Made by a program: the position numbers and the translations under genes. This document shows positions 44,695-53,835 of a DNA stretch of 64,000 bases, in pieces. Under the pieces are notes generated by a model. The model was not told the DNA's origin, made no database searches, and saw nothing but the letters and a program-made list of their open reading frames with translations. The stretch's first letter is position 1; each line of letters starts with the position of its first letter. Origin of the DNA: Deinococcota bacterium (GTDB lineage Bacteria > Deinococcota > Deinococci > Deinococcales > Thermaceae); the NCBI GenBank assembly GCA_041695225.1, contig JBGFRI010000015.1, positions 70,646-134,645 of the forward strand, in the 5' to 3' direction.

Positions 44695-44835
44695 CGCAAG
44701 TCGCAAGACAATCAGCCGATAGCTAATAGCCGATAGCCGAAAGCTGAAAGCTTTAGGCCTTCAGCCTTCGGCCTTTATTTGACCTTCGACCTTAGACTTT
44801 CGACTTTAGACCTTCGACTTGAGACCTGCGACTAA
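44695..44835. repeat. Heptamer repeat cluster (CGATAGC / TTCGACC)
   Basis: Tandem heptamers; block shared with 5381-5408. Confidence 0.8.
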
Positions 44836-44852
44836 AGACATCCTTTTATCGC

Positions 44853-46004
44853 CTATCCCGCGTCTCCTGAGCCTGTCGAAGGAAGAAAGTGCCTCGAGCG
44901 TTCTACTGCCGTAGCAAAAGCCCTACCGGCGAGTTCTATTTCGGCCTGGGTGGTAAAGCGCCCAAGTGAAAAGCGAACCGAGGCTTTGGCTTCGGCTTTA
45001 CTGCGACCAATTGCGGTGAGAACGTGCGAAGGTTCAAGGCTTCCGCTGGCACAGGCCGAGCCAGCGGAAGCCGCCACGCCCAGCAGGTCCAGGTTGAGCA
45101 ACAGCCCTTCTCCATCGGCATCTTTGACGGTGACGTTGACGTGCTTGGGGCTGCGTAAGGTGGGGTGACCATTCAGTTCCACACCAGAAACCGCTAGAAG
45201 GAAGCGCTCGAGGCTCCCACGAAGTTGCAGTAGGCGCTGGGAATCGTCTTGCAGAGCGGTTACAGCTTTCATGGCCGCCAGGCCCATCCCATACACGGCA
45301 GGCAGGTTTTCGGTACCGCCACGGTAGCCCTGTTCTTGCTTACCGGGTATCAGGGGGAAGAGCTCGAGCCCTTTGCGCTTGTAGAGCGCTCCGGCCCCCT
45401 TGGGTCCATAAAATTTGTGTGCCGAGAGCGAGATCAGGTCGGCGTTCAGGTCCTGAAGCCGGCAGGGTACGGCGCCAAAAGCCTGCACCGCATCGGTATG
45501 GAAAGCAATGCCCCTGGCTTTACAGATCTCGCCTACTGCCCTGGTGGGATAAATATTGCCCAGCTCGTTGTTGACCGCCATGAGCGAGACCAGAATGGTA
45601 TCGGGCCGCAGAGCCTGGGCAAACTGTTCGGGGTAGAGCATTCCCTGGGGATCAGGCTCTAGTAGGGTGTGCGAAAACCCCAGGCGCTCGAGATTTTTTA
45701 GCGTTAGCAGTACCGCCGAGTGCTCCACTAGCGAACTGAGGATATGCCCCTTGCCCTTTGCCAGGGCCAGCCCCATCAGCGCCATGGCATTGGACTCGGC
45801 GCCACCAGAGGTAAAAATGATCTCCCGCGGCGTACAGCCCAAAGCCCTGGCCAGGTTTTCGCGGCTCTCTTCCAGCAAGTTTTTGGCCTCGCGCCCGGCC
45901 TTATGTACCGAGCTGGGATTGCCAAAAACACCCAGCACCTGCTCCATCTGGGTTCTGATTGCAGGGTCTAGTGGCGTAGTGGCAGCGTGGTCGAGATAGA
46001 TCAC
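44853..46004 (-). CDS. iscS: Cysteine desulfurase (IscS/NifS family)
   Basis: YLDHAATTP, GNPSS, SAHKFYGPKG, SAGSACASG. Confidence 0.92.
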   Translation of the reverse strand: MIYLDHAATTPLDPAIRTQMEQVLGVFGNPSSVHKAGREAKNLLEESRENLARALGCTPREIIFTSGGAESNAMALMGLALAKGKGHILSSLVEHSAVLLTLKNLERLGFSHTLLEPDPQGMLYPEQFAQALRPDTILVSLMAVNNELGNIYPTRAVGEICKARGIAFHTDAVQAFGAVPCRLQDLNADLISLSAHKFYGPKGAGALYKRKGLELFPLIPGKQEQGYRGGTENLPAVYGMGLAAMKAVTALQDDSQRLLQLRGSLERFLLAVSGVELNGHPTLRSPKHVNVTVKDADGEGLLLNLDLLGVAASAGSACASGSLEPSHVLTAIGRSKAEAKASVRFSLGRFTTQAEIELAGRAFATAVERSRHFLPSTGSGDAG

Positions 46005-46016
46005 AAGCGCAGGTAA

Positions 46017-46490
46017 CTACTGGATGGCCGTCTGGGAAAACTGCACAGGAGCAGGCTCGAGCTGCACCAGTTTGCGGGCCTCGATCTGCTGGCGTTCTTC
46101 TATCAGGTCCTTGAGCGTGGTTCTTAGCAAGACCCCCCGCATGGCATCATCCACCTTTTTCCACAGGGTCTCGGTGGAGCAGTTGCCCGTCTGCCAGCAG
46201 GACTGGGGGTCATCGAGGCAGGTGACCGGCGCAAGGCTACCTTCCAGGGCCTCCACTACTTCTAAGGCAGATATCCTTTCTACCGGACGGCCCAGCCTGT
46301 ACCCGCCCCGGGCCCCCCGCACGCTGCGAATGAAGCCCGACCGCCTGAGCTGGGCGGCTATCTGCTCGAGGTAGTGCTGGCTTATTCCCTGTACGTCCGC
46401 TACCTCCTTCAGGGGAACCGCCCGCGGCTGGCGCAGGCCAATTTCTACTAACGCCCGCAGGCCATATTGAGCTTTGGTTGAAACCCACAT
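46017..46490 (-). CDS. Rrf2 family regulator, IscR-like
   Basis: STKAQYGLRAL, YLEQI, SVRGARGGY, C-x6-C-x5-C; directly upstream of iscS. Confidence 0.9.
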   Translation of the reverse strand: MWVSTKAQYGLRALVEIGLRQPRAVPLKEVADVQGISQHYLEQIAAQLRRSGFIRSVRGARGGYRLGRPVERISALEVVEALEGSLAPVTCLDDPQSCWQTGNCSTETLWKKVDDAMRGVLLRTTLKDLIEERQQIEARKLVQLEPAPVQFSQTAIQ

Positions 46491-46797
46491 AACCAGAGTA
46501 TAAACCCCTAAAGCCCGTAAGAAAAAGTGGAGTTTGCACGTTTTCGACCCTCGAGTTACCCGCAAGCTGCTCCAGCGCAACGCTAAGGGCACAGACCTAC
46601 CACCGCTAACCGCCACAACTCGGAGCTGCGGGGTACACAGTCCGTCCTCCACGCCCGCCACATCCGGCCCCTATGGCAATGGCCGCTACACACTGATTTT
46701 GGGCCTAGGTCCTGGCTCAAAAATTCCCTCTGGGTGCTATTGCGAGGGTTTCCCGTAGGGCCTGCCCTGAGCCTGTCGTGGGGGTGTCAGACCTGGA

Positions 46798-47028
46798 TTA
46801 TTGCACAGCTTGCCGCTTTACCACGCTACGGGCAAGAGCGATCTCCCGCGCCCCGTTGACCACATCTGACCATATGTCCTGCAAAAGGGCAGTTTCTTCG
46901 GGTAAGTAGCCCTCGAAAAAGCTGCTGTTGCGGCGTACCTCGGCGATAACAGCCTCACGCTCCTCGAGGCTTTCCGTTATGGCAGCCCGGGTGAGAAAAG
47001 TGCGAGCCTGTTCAAACGTGCGTTTCAC
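46798..47028 (-). CDS. Hypothetical 76-aa helical protein
   Basis: GTG start overlapping stop of upstream remnant (GTGA); GGGGG SD-like sequence. Confidence 0.55.
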   Translation of the reverse strand: MKRTFEQARTFLTRAAITESLEEREAVIAEVRRNSSFFEGYLPEETALLQDIWSDVVNGAREIALARSVVKRQAVQ

Positions 47029-47156
47029 AGCGACCCCCCAAACACCAGCCACCGGCGAACCCGCATGGTACCCTCGAGCAGCGCTCCTACCGCCGTACAC
47101 CGGCAGTTCACCGCCTCCCCCGTCGGCCCCCTTGCTGCGGTCTCGCCCGGGTACAT
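47025..47156 (-). pseudogene. C-terminal remnant of a phage head morphogenesis (MuF/SPP1 gp7-like) gene
   Basis: Frame reads GSRL-MYPGETAARGPTGEAVNCRCT, like the (L/M)xYPGD...ExxNCRC motif; truncated at the repeat cluster. Confidence 0.5.
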
Positions 47157-47179
47157 CAGCCTCGAGCCCTCCTTACCTG

Positions 47180-47328
47180 CGCTAACGCGCTGGGTCGAAA
47201 GTCGAAGCGCTTACGCGCTTGGTCAAAGGTCCAAAGACGAAGGTCGAAGGCCAAAATGCGAGAACGTAGTAGACCCTAGACCTTTGACCTTAGACCTTTG
47301 ACTAACTCCTGACCTGCGACTTGCGACC
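47180..47328. repeat. Composite heptamer repeat element (reverse orientation)
   Basis: GCGCTAACGCGC...GGTCGAAGGCC...AGACCTTTGACCTTAGACC. Confidence 0.8.
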
Positions 47329-47334
47329 ATCCGC

Positions 47335-47889
47335 TCAGGCGCGGCCCAGGTACTCACCGGTGCGGGTATCCACCCGGACTACCTGTCCGCTTTCAACAAA
47401 CAGCGGCACCTGTACCACTGCGCCAGTCTCGAGGGTAGCTGGCTTGGTACCTCCCGAGACGGTATCGCCGCGTACTCCCGGGGGCGTCTGTATGATTTTA
47501 AGCTCTACCGAGGCGGGCAGGGTGATATCCAGGGGGCGCCCATTGTACATGGCGCCCTGCACGGTCATGCCCTCTTTGAGAAATTTGGTTGCCTCGGAAA
47601 TACCCCGCGGAACGTGAAACTGCTCGTAGGTTTGCAGATCCATAAAGACCAGTTCGTCGCCTTCGGGGTAAAGGTACTGGAGGTCTTTGGTCTCTACATA
47701 GATAGCCTCGAGTTTTTCGCCGGAGTTGAAGGAGCGCTCCACCGTAGAGCCGGTCTCGAGGTTTTTGAACTTAGCCACCACTTTGGCGCCACCCCGTCCA
47801 ATTTTCTGATGCTGATAGTCCACACACTGCCACAGCGCCCCATCCATTTTCACTTTGGTTCCATTACGCAGTTCGGTAACGCTAATCAT
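47335..47889 (-). CDS. efp: Elongation factor P
   Basis: KIGRGGA loop, PGVRGDT, TKPATLETG, VPLFV. Confidence 0.97.
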   Translation of the reverse strand: MISVTELRNGTKVKMDGALWQCVDYQHQKIGRGGAKVVAKFKNLETGSTVERSFNSGEKLEAIYVETKDLQYLYPEGDELVFMDLQTYEQFHVPRGISEATKFLKEGMTVQGAMYNGRPLDITLPASVELKIIQTPPGVRGDTVSGGTKPATLETGAVVQVPLFVESGQVVRVDTRTGEYLGRA

Positions 47890-48202
47890 CCGCCCTCCTG
47901 GTCATCCAAACAAAAAGTGTAAGGGATGAAGCGACCAAAGAAAAGGTCAACGGACTTATCGGGACGATAGACTGGGCAGTAGCATGGCCAGGGATGGAAG
48001 GGCCTACTCCAGAAGCACGGCAGCCAGAACCATGCTGGGCGGTCATTCACCGCTTATGCAAGGCTCAATAGACCACATCTGTTGATGCGTGACCAGAGTA
48101 CCGTTCACGTACACAAGGGCGCGACCAGTCCAAGCAGTAACAAGATGCTATCGGGTCGGTGCGCAACACCTGCAAATACAACAGTCGCCGTGAATTGACC
48201 AG

Positions 48203-48646
48203 TTACCCCGGTACGCCACGAACAACCAGCACCGGCGTAGAACAGTTGTGTAGCACCTTATCGGTTACACTGCCCATCATCACACGATCTATGCCCTTGC
48301 GCCCGTGGGTTGCCATCACCACCAGGTCGTGATCCTTGGCAGCCTCCAGGATGGCCGGTACCGGGTGATTCTCTACCAGCAAAGCACGGGCCTGAACCCC
48401 CTTGGATCTGGCCTCGTCAGTGATGCGGCTCAGGACTTTGTTAGCCTCGGCCTTGTAATCGCTCATCAGCTTCTCGAAGTATTCTGGTGGCTGGCTGGCA
48501 TAGCTTTGAAAGGGTTCGTACGGGTTCTCGATGGCATATAGCACGGTCACCTCTCCCCCCGACATTTTGGCTAGACTTAACCCTTGCTCGAGGGCTCCCT
48601 GGCCAATTTCACTACCGTCTGTCGGGATCAGGATTCTTTTGAACAT
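48203..48646 (-). CDS. Universal stress protein
   Basis: ILIPTDGS, VMATHGR, MGSVTDKV; AAGGAGG SD. Confidence 0.92.
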   Translation of the reverse strand: MFKRILIPTDGSEIGQGALEQGLSLAKMSGGEVTVLYAIENPYEPFQSYASQPPEYFEKLMSDYKAEANKVLSRITDEARSKGVQARALLVENHPVPAILEAAKDHDLVVMATHGRKGIDRVMMGSVTDKVLHNCSTPVLVVRGVPG

Positions 48647-48749
48647 ACCAACCTCCTTATGACGCACGGGTCAATGCGGCACGAGACTTTCGCCCTGACA
48701 TATACCCTAAACCTGTAGCGTAGGGGCTTGTGTCCCTCAGCAAAGCGGT

Positions 48750-48840
48750 GCGCTAACGCGCTTGGTCGAAGGTCTGAAGACAAAGGTCGAAGGCCAGAAC
48801 GCGAGAGCGTCGCAGACCTTCGGCCTTAGACCTTAGACCT
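48750..48840. repeat. Composite heptamer repeat element (reverse orientation)
   Basis: GCGCTAACGCGCTTGGTCGAAGGTC...AGACCTTCGGCCTTAGACC. Confidence 0.8.
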
Positions 48841-48904
48841 GCCAATAGTAGTATTCGTTGGTACCCCTGGGTAAGTCTTCACGCAAGCCGTGGTGGGAGG
48901 AGTC

Positions 48905-49567
48905 CTAATAAACGTCCTCAGGTTTTTTCTCCATCTTGCCGGTAAGCCAATAAATGATTCGCTCGGAGATGTTCTCGAGGTGATCGCCCAGCCGCTCGTA
49001 GCTGCGGGCCACGCGCCCAAGGGTGAGGGCTTTGCTAATGGTGCGCGGGTCTTCCATCATGTAGGTGAGGAGTTCGCGTGAGACCTCCTCGTAAAGTCCA
49101 TCAATTTCGTCGTCTCGGCGGAAAATTTGTTTGGCAGCTTCAAGGTCGCGCTCGGCGAGGGCTTTTGAGACCAGATCCAGCATCAGGGTCAGGCGACGGC
49201 CCATGTCGGGCAGGGTAATGTAGTTTTTGAGGGGAAACTCCCTTGACAGCACCACCACATCCTCGGCCACGTGCGCGGCATAGTCGCCAGCCCGCTCGAG
49301 GTCGGTAAGGGCTTTGATAATAGTGAAGGTAAAGCGCAGGTCGGAGGCTACCAGGGCTTGGCGGGCCATTATGGTAATGACATCGGCTTCGATCTGCAGC
49401 TCCAGTGCGTCTACCTCGCTGTCCTGAGCGATGACTTCCTGGGCCAGTTGGGGGTCCTGTTCGGCCAGGGCTTTGGCGCTCTTGTCTACCATCTCGCGCA
49501 CCAGCGAGATCATGCGGATGGTCTGCTCGGTGACGCGGTTAAGTTCTCGGTCTAGTCCTTCACGCAT
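48905..49567 (-). CDS. phoU: Phosphate signalling complex protein PhoU
   Basis: ASDLR, DLERAGD, ERLGDH repeats. Confidence 0.95.
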   Translation of the reverse strand: MREGLDRELNRVTEQTIRMISLVREMVDKSAKALAEQDPQLAQEVIAQDSEVDALELQIEADVITIMARQALVASDLRFTFTIIKALTDLERAGDYAAHVAEDVVVLSREFPLKNYITLPDMGRRLTLMLDLVSKALAERDLEAAKQIFRRDDEIDGLYEEVSRELLTYMMEDPRTISKALTLGRVARSYERLGDHLENISERIIYWLTGKMEKKPEDVY

Positions 49568-49613
49568 AGATTAATCACTCCTATCCCCGGCCACTCCGTT
49601 ACCCAGTCTGTAG
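49565..49613 (-). repeat. ~49-nt dispersed repeat ending in phoU ATG
   Basis: CTACAGACTGGGTAACGGAGTGGCCGGGGATAGGAGTGATTAATCTATG. Confidence 0.75.
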
Positions 49614-49633
49614 CTAATCTCCATTCCCTCAGT

Positions 49634-50593
49634 TTATACGGTTCTTTGGGTTACATGGCGTCCATAGCTGGTATCTGTTTGTACGGGGAAAGTCAGGCCA
49701 AAGGCATTGCCGTTCTCGATGGCACGTCCGTATGCTGTTCCACCCCAGCCTGCGGCCAGCCGTCGCACCAGCGCCAGCCCCAGTCCCGTCCCGCGTACAT
49801 TGGCTGCATGAACCCCGCGCTGGCCAGGTTCGAAGAGCTTCTCAAACTCTTCCAGCGGCTGGCCCTGATTACGCACCTCGAGCCAGACTCCCCTGGTATC
49901 CTGACCGCTCAAAACCACAATTTCCGAACCTGTGCCGTACTTGAGTGCGTTGTCCAGCAGATTTAGCAGAGCCTGGTATACCGCATCGGGGTTGGCCCGG
50001 ATGCTGTGGGGAGTCTGCCAGCGAATCCAGGCCGATTTCTCGGCCAGCTGCGGGGCCAGAAAACGCTCGAGGCGGCCCTGCAATTCCTCCAGGTCAAAGG
50101 TGCGTTCTTGCGAGGGCCGCCGGTTTAGTGGTAGGTCTTCCACCAGACGTCGCAGGCGCTGCGTCTCCTGGTATAGCAGTTGCAGGGCATCCTGGGCATC
50201 GGAGCTCTTAAGGCCGCTTTGTAAAGCCTCCACCAGAGAAAGCATCCCGGCCACGGGGGTGCGGAACTCGTGGGCCAGCACCCGGCTGGACTCCTCGAGG
50301 GCCTCGACACGACTCTTTTCCTGGGTCTGGTCCCACAAGAACAGGATGCCAGGAATTGCCTTGACAGACAGGGTGCGGTTGCGGGTCTCGATACTGGTCT
50401 CCCCTCCTATCCGGCAGAGGGCCTCGAGCTTGTGGTCGCGCAGGGCTAGCAGAAGCGGACGGCCCAGCACCTTTTCCCGCTCCACCCCCAGCAACGCGGC
50501 TGCAACCGGGTTCAAATACAGCACCCGGCCTTCGGCAAAGATCAGCACACCCTCTCGGGCGGCTTCCCAGGCATCTTGCAGATAGGCAGTCAT
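49634..50593 (-). CDS. phoR: Sensor histidine kinase, PhoR-like (PAS + HisKA + HATPase; no obvious TM)
   Basis: HEFRTP H-box, NLLDNALKY, GTGLGL; lies between phoB-like gene and phoU. Confidence 0.8.
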   Translation of the reverse strand: MTAYLQDAWEAAREGVLIFAEGRVLYLNPVAAALLGVEREKVLGRPLLLALRDHKLEALCRIGGETSIETRNRTLSVKAIPGILFLWDQTQEKSRVEALEESSRVLAHEFRTPVAGMLSLVEALQSGLKSSDAQDALQLLYQETQRLRRLVEDLPLNRRPSQERTFDLEELQGRLERFLAPQLAEKSAWIRWQTPHSIRANPDAVYQALLNLLDNALKYGTGSEIVVLSGQDTRGVWLEVRNQGQPLEEFEKLFEPGQRGVHAANVRGTGLGLALVRRLAAGWGGTAYGRAIENGNAFGLTFPVQTDTSYGRHVTQRTV

Positions 50594-50717
50594 AGGAGCC
50601 GGGCATGTCCTGAAACAGCAAACAAACGATTCACCTGCCGCCAAGGGCGAAACTGGCCGGCCGGGGTTCTGACACTCCCGATCCCAACTGCCCTTAGCGC
50701 ACCCATTACGCCTCCTG

Positions 50718-51386
50718 TTACTCTTTGAATCGGTATCCTACGCCCCGCAGGGTCTCCAGAAACCGTGGGACTTTGGGGTCTTCACTCAGTTTATCGCGCA
50801 ACTGCGCCACGTGCTGATCCACCGTGCGGGCGGTCCCCAAAAACTCCTGGCCCCAGACGCGCTCGAGTAGTTCCTCACGCGTATAAACCCGTCCGGGGTG
50901 CCGGGCCAGAAAAGCCAGCAGGTCAAACTCCCGACGGGTTAGCTCGAGGCTATGCCCATCCAGAAAAGCCTGGTAGCGCTCCAGATCCAGGCTCAGGGTA
51001 CCGCGCTCCAGGCGCCCGCTTTTGCCCACCCGGCGCAACAAGGCCTGCACCCGGGCAATTAGTTCGGGGGTGGAGAATGGTTTTGTCAGGTAATCGTCAG
51101 CTCCTCGGGTGAGCCCATCCACCCGGTCACCCTCGGCGGCCCTGGCCGTGAGCATCAAGACCGGCAGATTTTCATAACGCCCATCGCGGCGCAAGCGTTC
51201 CAAAAGCCGTACTCCTGGTTCGTCCGGCAGCATCCAGTCCAGAATAACCAGATCGGCGTTGGGAATTTTCTCCCACCCCTCGCTGGCATTGGCTGCTTCC
51301 AGGACCTGATGACCCGCCTTAGATAGCGAGAGCCGCAGGCCCATCCGAACAGAGGGCTCATCCTCGACCAGAAGCAGTTTCGACAT
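50718..51386 (-). CDS. phoB: OmpR/PhoB family response regulator
   Basis: VEDE, LDWMLP, GADDYLTKPF, RTVDQHV, TLRGVGY; context with phoU. Confidence 0.85.
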   Translation of the reverse strand: MSKLLLVEDEPSVRMGLRLSLSKAGHQVLEAANASEGWEKIPNADLVILDWMLPDEPGVRLLERLRRDGRYENLPVLMLTARAAEGDRVDGLTRGADDYLTKPFSTPELIARVQALLRRVGKSGRLERGTLSLDLERYQAFLDGHSLELTRREFDLLAFLARHPGRVYTREELLERVWGQEFLGTARTVDQHVAQLRDKLSEDPKVPRFLETLRGVGYRFKE

Positions 51387-51519
51387 CCCCTATAGTCTAG
51401 CTATTGTTTAGTCAGAATAATGTCATGTAGCACTTGCTCCAGAAAATGAAGGTGAAAATTATGATCTACCACATGGCGCAGCCAGAACGACACCTGGCCG
51501 CCACATCTGCCAGAGCAGA

Positions 51520-51765
51520 CGCGTTAGCACAGCAGGTCTAAGGTCTAAGGTCGAGGGAAAGGACGTCAAGGGTTGAGGGTCGAGGGAGAGATTGTCGAAG
51601 GTCGAGGGAAAAAACGTCAAGGTCAAAGGTCTACGGCGCTCTCGCGCTCAGGCCTTCGACCTTCGGCTTTCGGCCTTCGACCAGGCGCGTTAGCGCATGT
51701 TTGACCCTCGACCTTCGTCTTTTGACCTTCGACCAAGCGCGCAAGCGCTTAAACCTTCGACCAAG
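51520..51765. repeat. Composite heptamer repeat element (~240 nt)
   Basis: Collinear with 42766-43006. Confidence 0.85.
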
Positions 51766-51807
51766 TCTCACATGGCCCTCTGAAGGGCGCTCGGGTAAGC
51801 TACCGTG

Positions 51808-51855
51808 GTATGGAACGGGTGATGAAGTGGTCGGAGATGGGATGATTAGTCTATG
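51808..51855 (+). repeat. ~49-nt dispersed repeat ending in AEC gene ATG
   Basis: GTATGGAACGGGTGATGAAGTGGTCGGAGATGGGATGATTAGTCTATG. Confidence 0.75.
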
Positions 51856-52743
51856 GAAGCCCTGCTAAACACAGTTGTCCCCGTTGCCTTTATCGTTCTG
51901 ATGGGCTACCTGATTGGCAAGCGCATAGACTTTGATCTGCAAACCCTTTCCAAACTTGCCATTTACGTACTGGTCCCAGTGCTCATTTTTGACGTCATGC
52001 TGCGGGCCAACCTCACCGGGGCCAGCGTGATTGGTATTACCGCTGCGTTCTTCCTGGCTTCCGTTGGTTTATATTTCTTGAGCCTGGGGCTCAGCAAAAT
52101 ACTACGGCTTGACCAGGGTTCAACCAAGACCCTGATTGCCTCGGCTACCTTCCCCAACTCGGGCAACATGGGGCTTTCCCTGACCTTTTTTGCTTTGGGG
52201 CAGCCAGGCCTGGACCGGGCAATCGTCTATTTCATTGCCAGCAGCGTCCTGATGTTTGGCTTTGGGCCAGCCTTTTTGCGGGGGGGCGGGTTTGTACAAA
52301 GCCTGTTGTTTACACTCAAGCTACCGCTATTCTGGGCCCTGGCAGGCGGGCTGCTGGTGCGCTGGCTGGAACTCCCTCTGCCCCTGGGGCTAAGCGAAGG
52401 GGTGCATCTGTTGGGACAGGCCTGTATTCCAATAATGTTGTTTACTCTGGGCATCCAGATTGCTAAATCAAGACCCTCGTGGGGTCGCTTCGAGTTGCAT
52501 GCTAGCAGTTTACGGTTGTTAGCAGCACCTTTACTGGCCGGGCTGGCCGGCTGGGCGCTGGGCCTGGAACACCTGGATATTCAGGTTCTGGTACTGCAAA
52601 GTGCTATGCCCATTGCCGTGAATGCTTTTCTGATGGCCGGCGAATTTGGCGGAGATGGCATCAGGGCCGCCAGAGCAGTGGTGGTCTCCTCTATCCTGTC
52701 ATTTTTGACCATTCCCCTGGTGTTACTGATTATTGGTGTCTGA
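51853..52743 (+). CDS. AEC family (auxin efflux carrier-like) transporter
   Basis: FPNSGNMGL, QSAMPIAVN, about 10 TM segments. Confidence 0.88.
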   Translation: MEALLNTVVPVAFIVLMGYLIGKRIDFDLQTLSKLAIYVLVPVLIFDVMLRANLTGASVIGITAAFFLASVGLYFLSLGLSKILRLDQGSTKTLIASATFPNSGNMGLSLTFFALGQPGLDRAIVYFIASSVLMFGFGPAFLRGGGFVQSLLFTLKLPLFWALAGGLLVRWLELPLPLGLSEGVHLLGQACIPIMLFTLGIQIAKSRPSWGRFELHASSLRLLAAPLLAGLAGWALGLEHLDIQVLVLQSAMPIAVNAFLMAGEFGGDGIRAARAVVVSSILSFLTIPLVLLIIGV

Positions 52744-52780
52744 TAACCAAGTTTCGACCGTCTTCACCTGTTTAAACCAG

Positions 52781-52828
52781 ATGGATTAATCACCCTCATC
52801 TCCGACCACTCCATCGTCGAGTCTATGG
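52781..52828 (-). repeat. ~49-nt dispersed repeat, inverted, downstream of AEC gene
   Basis: Minus strand CCATAGACTCGACGATGGAGTGGTCGGAGATGAGGGTGATTAATCCAT. Confidence 0.75.
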
Positions 52829-52993
52829 CCACAATCACTGTCTGGGCGCTATTAACCTCGATTGAGCCCGGTGGTTAGTCAAAGGTTGCCTGATGGGGGC
52901 GATCTCATTCAGAGCCTCACACAATCTAAAAAGTTGAGACAGCCATCTTCGTGCAGCAGTAGATCTAGCCGGGTAACACCGCAGGCAGCCGGT

Positions 52994-53022
52994 TTGACAC
53001 ATTGCGACCAGACCTCTAAAAT
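52994..53022 (+). promoter_or_regulatory. Strong sigma70-type promoter upstream of tRNA-Gln
   Basis: TTGACA-N17-TAAAAT. Confidence 0.8.
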
Positions 53023-53141
53023 GGCGTTTGCTGTCCTGCGGGCTTCGCAGCATTCTGGGGCCTGCCCTGAGCCTTCGGGCCGAGGCCTCTCAGGCAAAGG
53101 GCTAACCGAATGGGTTGCGAACCAGTCAGACTGCTCTGCGC

Positions 53142-53215
53142 TGGGGCATCGTCTAATGGCAGGACAACGGTCTTTGGAACCGTCGGTCGTGGTTCGAGTC
53201 CACGTGCCCCAGCCA
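53142..53215 (+). tRNA. tRNA-Gln (TTG)
   Basis: Acceptor TGGGGCA/TGCCCCA, anticodon arm ACGGT-CTTTGGA-ACCGT, GGTTCGAGTCC, 3' CCA. Confidence 0.97.
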
Positions 53216-53218
53216 CTA

Positions 53219-53249
53219 CCCCCCCTCCTAGTCAGGCCGGGGGGTTCTT
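53219..53249 (+). terminator. Putative terminator after tRNA-Gln
   Basis: C-run/G-run hairpin followed by TTCTT. Confidence 0.45.
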
Positions 53250-53350
53250 AAATCAACCACAACACTGGGTCTTTGACATATCTTTGAGCCGCAGCAGCCT
53301 GGGTGTGACAAATGGGCGCTACCCTGGAGCAAGGTCTGCTACTATCGTCT

Positions 53351-53445
53351 ATATAGACTTGGTGATGCGATGACCGAAGATGGTGGTGATTAATCTATAG
53401 ACTGGGTGATGGAATGGGCGGAGATGGTGGTGATTAATCCATATG
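53351..53445 (+). repeat. Two tandem copies of the ~49-nt repeat, ending in receiver-gene ATG
   Basis: TATAGACTTGGTGATG...GATGGTGGTGATTAATC then TATAGACTGGGTGATGG...GATGGTGGTGATTAATCCATATG. Confidence 0.8.
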
Positions 53446-53835
53446 GCGGAAGCAGTGCTAAGTGACAAAGTCCTGGTGGTTACCTCGAGCCTGACCCTGC
53501 GGGCTTTGCTCGAGCTAGCGATTGAAGAACATGGGGTTACGGCCCAGTTTTGTGAGAAAGCCCAGGATGGACTGAATTTCCTCAAAGCCCACACGCCCCG
53601 GGCTATTGTGCTGGATGACGGAATTGAAATTGACCCCTTTTCCATTGCTTCTCGCTTAAAAATGAGCCGTCGTCTGAGGGAGGTACCGGTGGTGCTGTTT
53701 ATAAATGACAGCGATGACCGTATAAAACTTACTGCCGAGTTTACCCGGGTGGAACATCTGCTCTCAAAGCCAGTAGATCGCAAAGCCTTATCCAGTATCC
53801 TCCAGAACCTACCCCAGCAACAACCCAGTGCCTAA
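53443..53835 (+). CDS. Stand-alone atypical receiver (CheY-like) domain protein
   Basis: VLVV..., PRAIVLDD, VPVVL, LSKPV fold pattern; acidic pocket replaced by TSS. Confidence 0.75.
   Translation: MAEAVLSDKVLVVTSSLTLRALLELAIEEHGVTAQFCEKAQDGLNFLKAHTPRAIVLDDGIEIDPFSIASRLKMSRRLREVPVVLFINDSDDRIKLTAEFTRVEHLLSKPVDRKALSSILQNLPQQQPSA

Noticed and set aside
42766..51765. Repeat arrays as CRISPR
   Set aside because: Degenerate 7-nt periodic units with no constant repeat/unique spacer structure and no cas genes
53085..53102. CTCTCAGGCAAAGG as a second glycine riboswitch
   Set aside because: Lacks the GGAGA and CCGAAG elements and precedes a tRNA
53142..53400. tRNA-anchored genomic island
   Set aside because: No integrase and no duplicated tRNA 3' end found in the window
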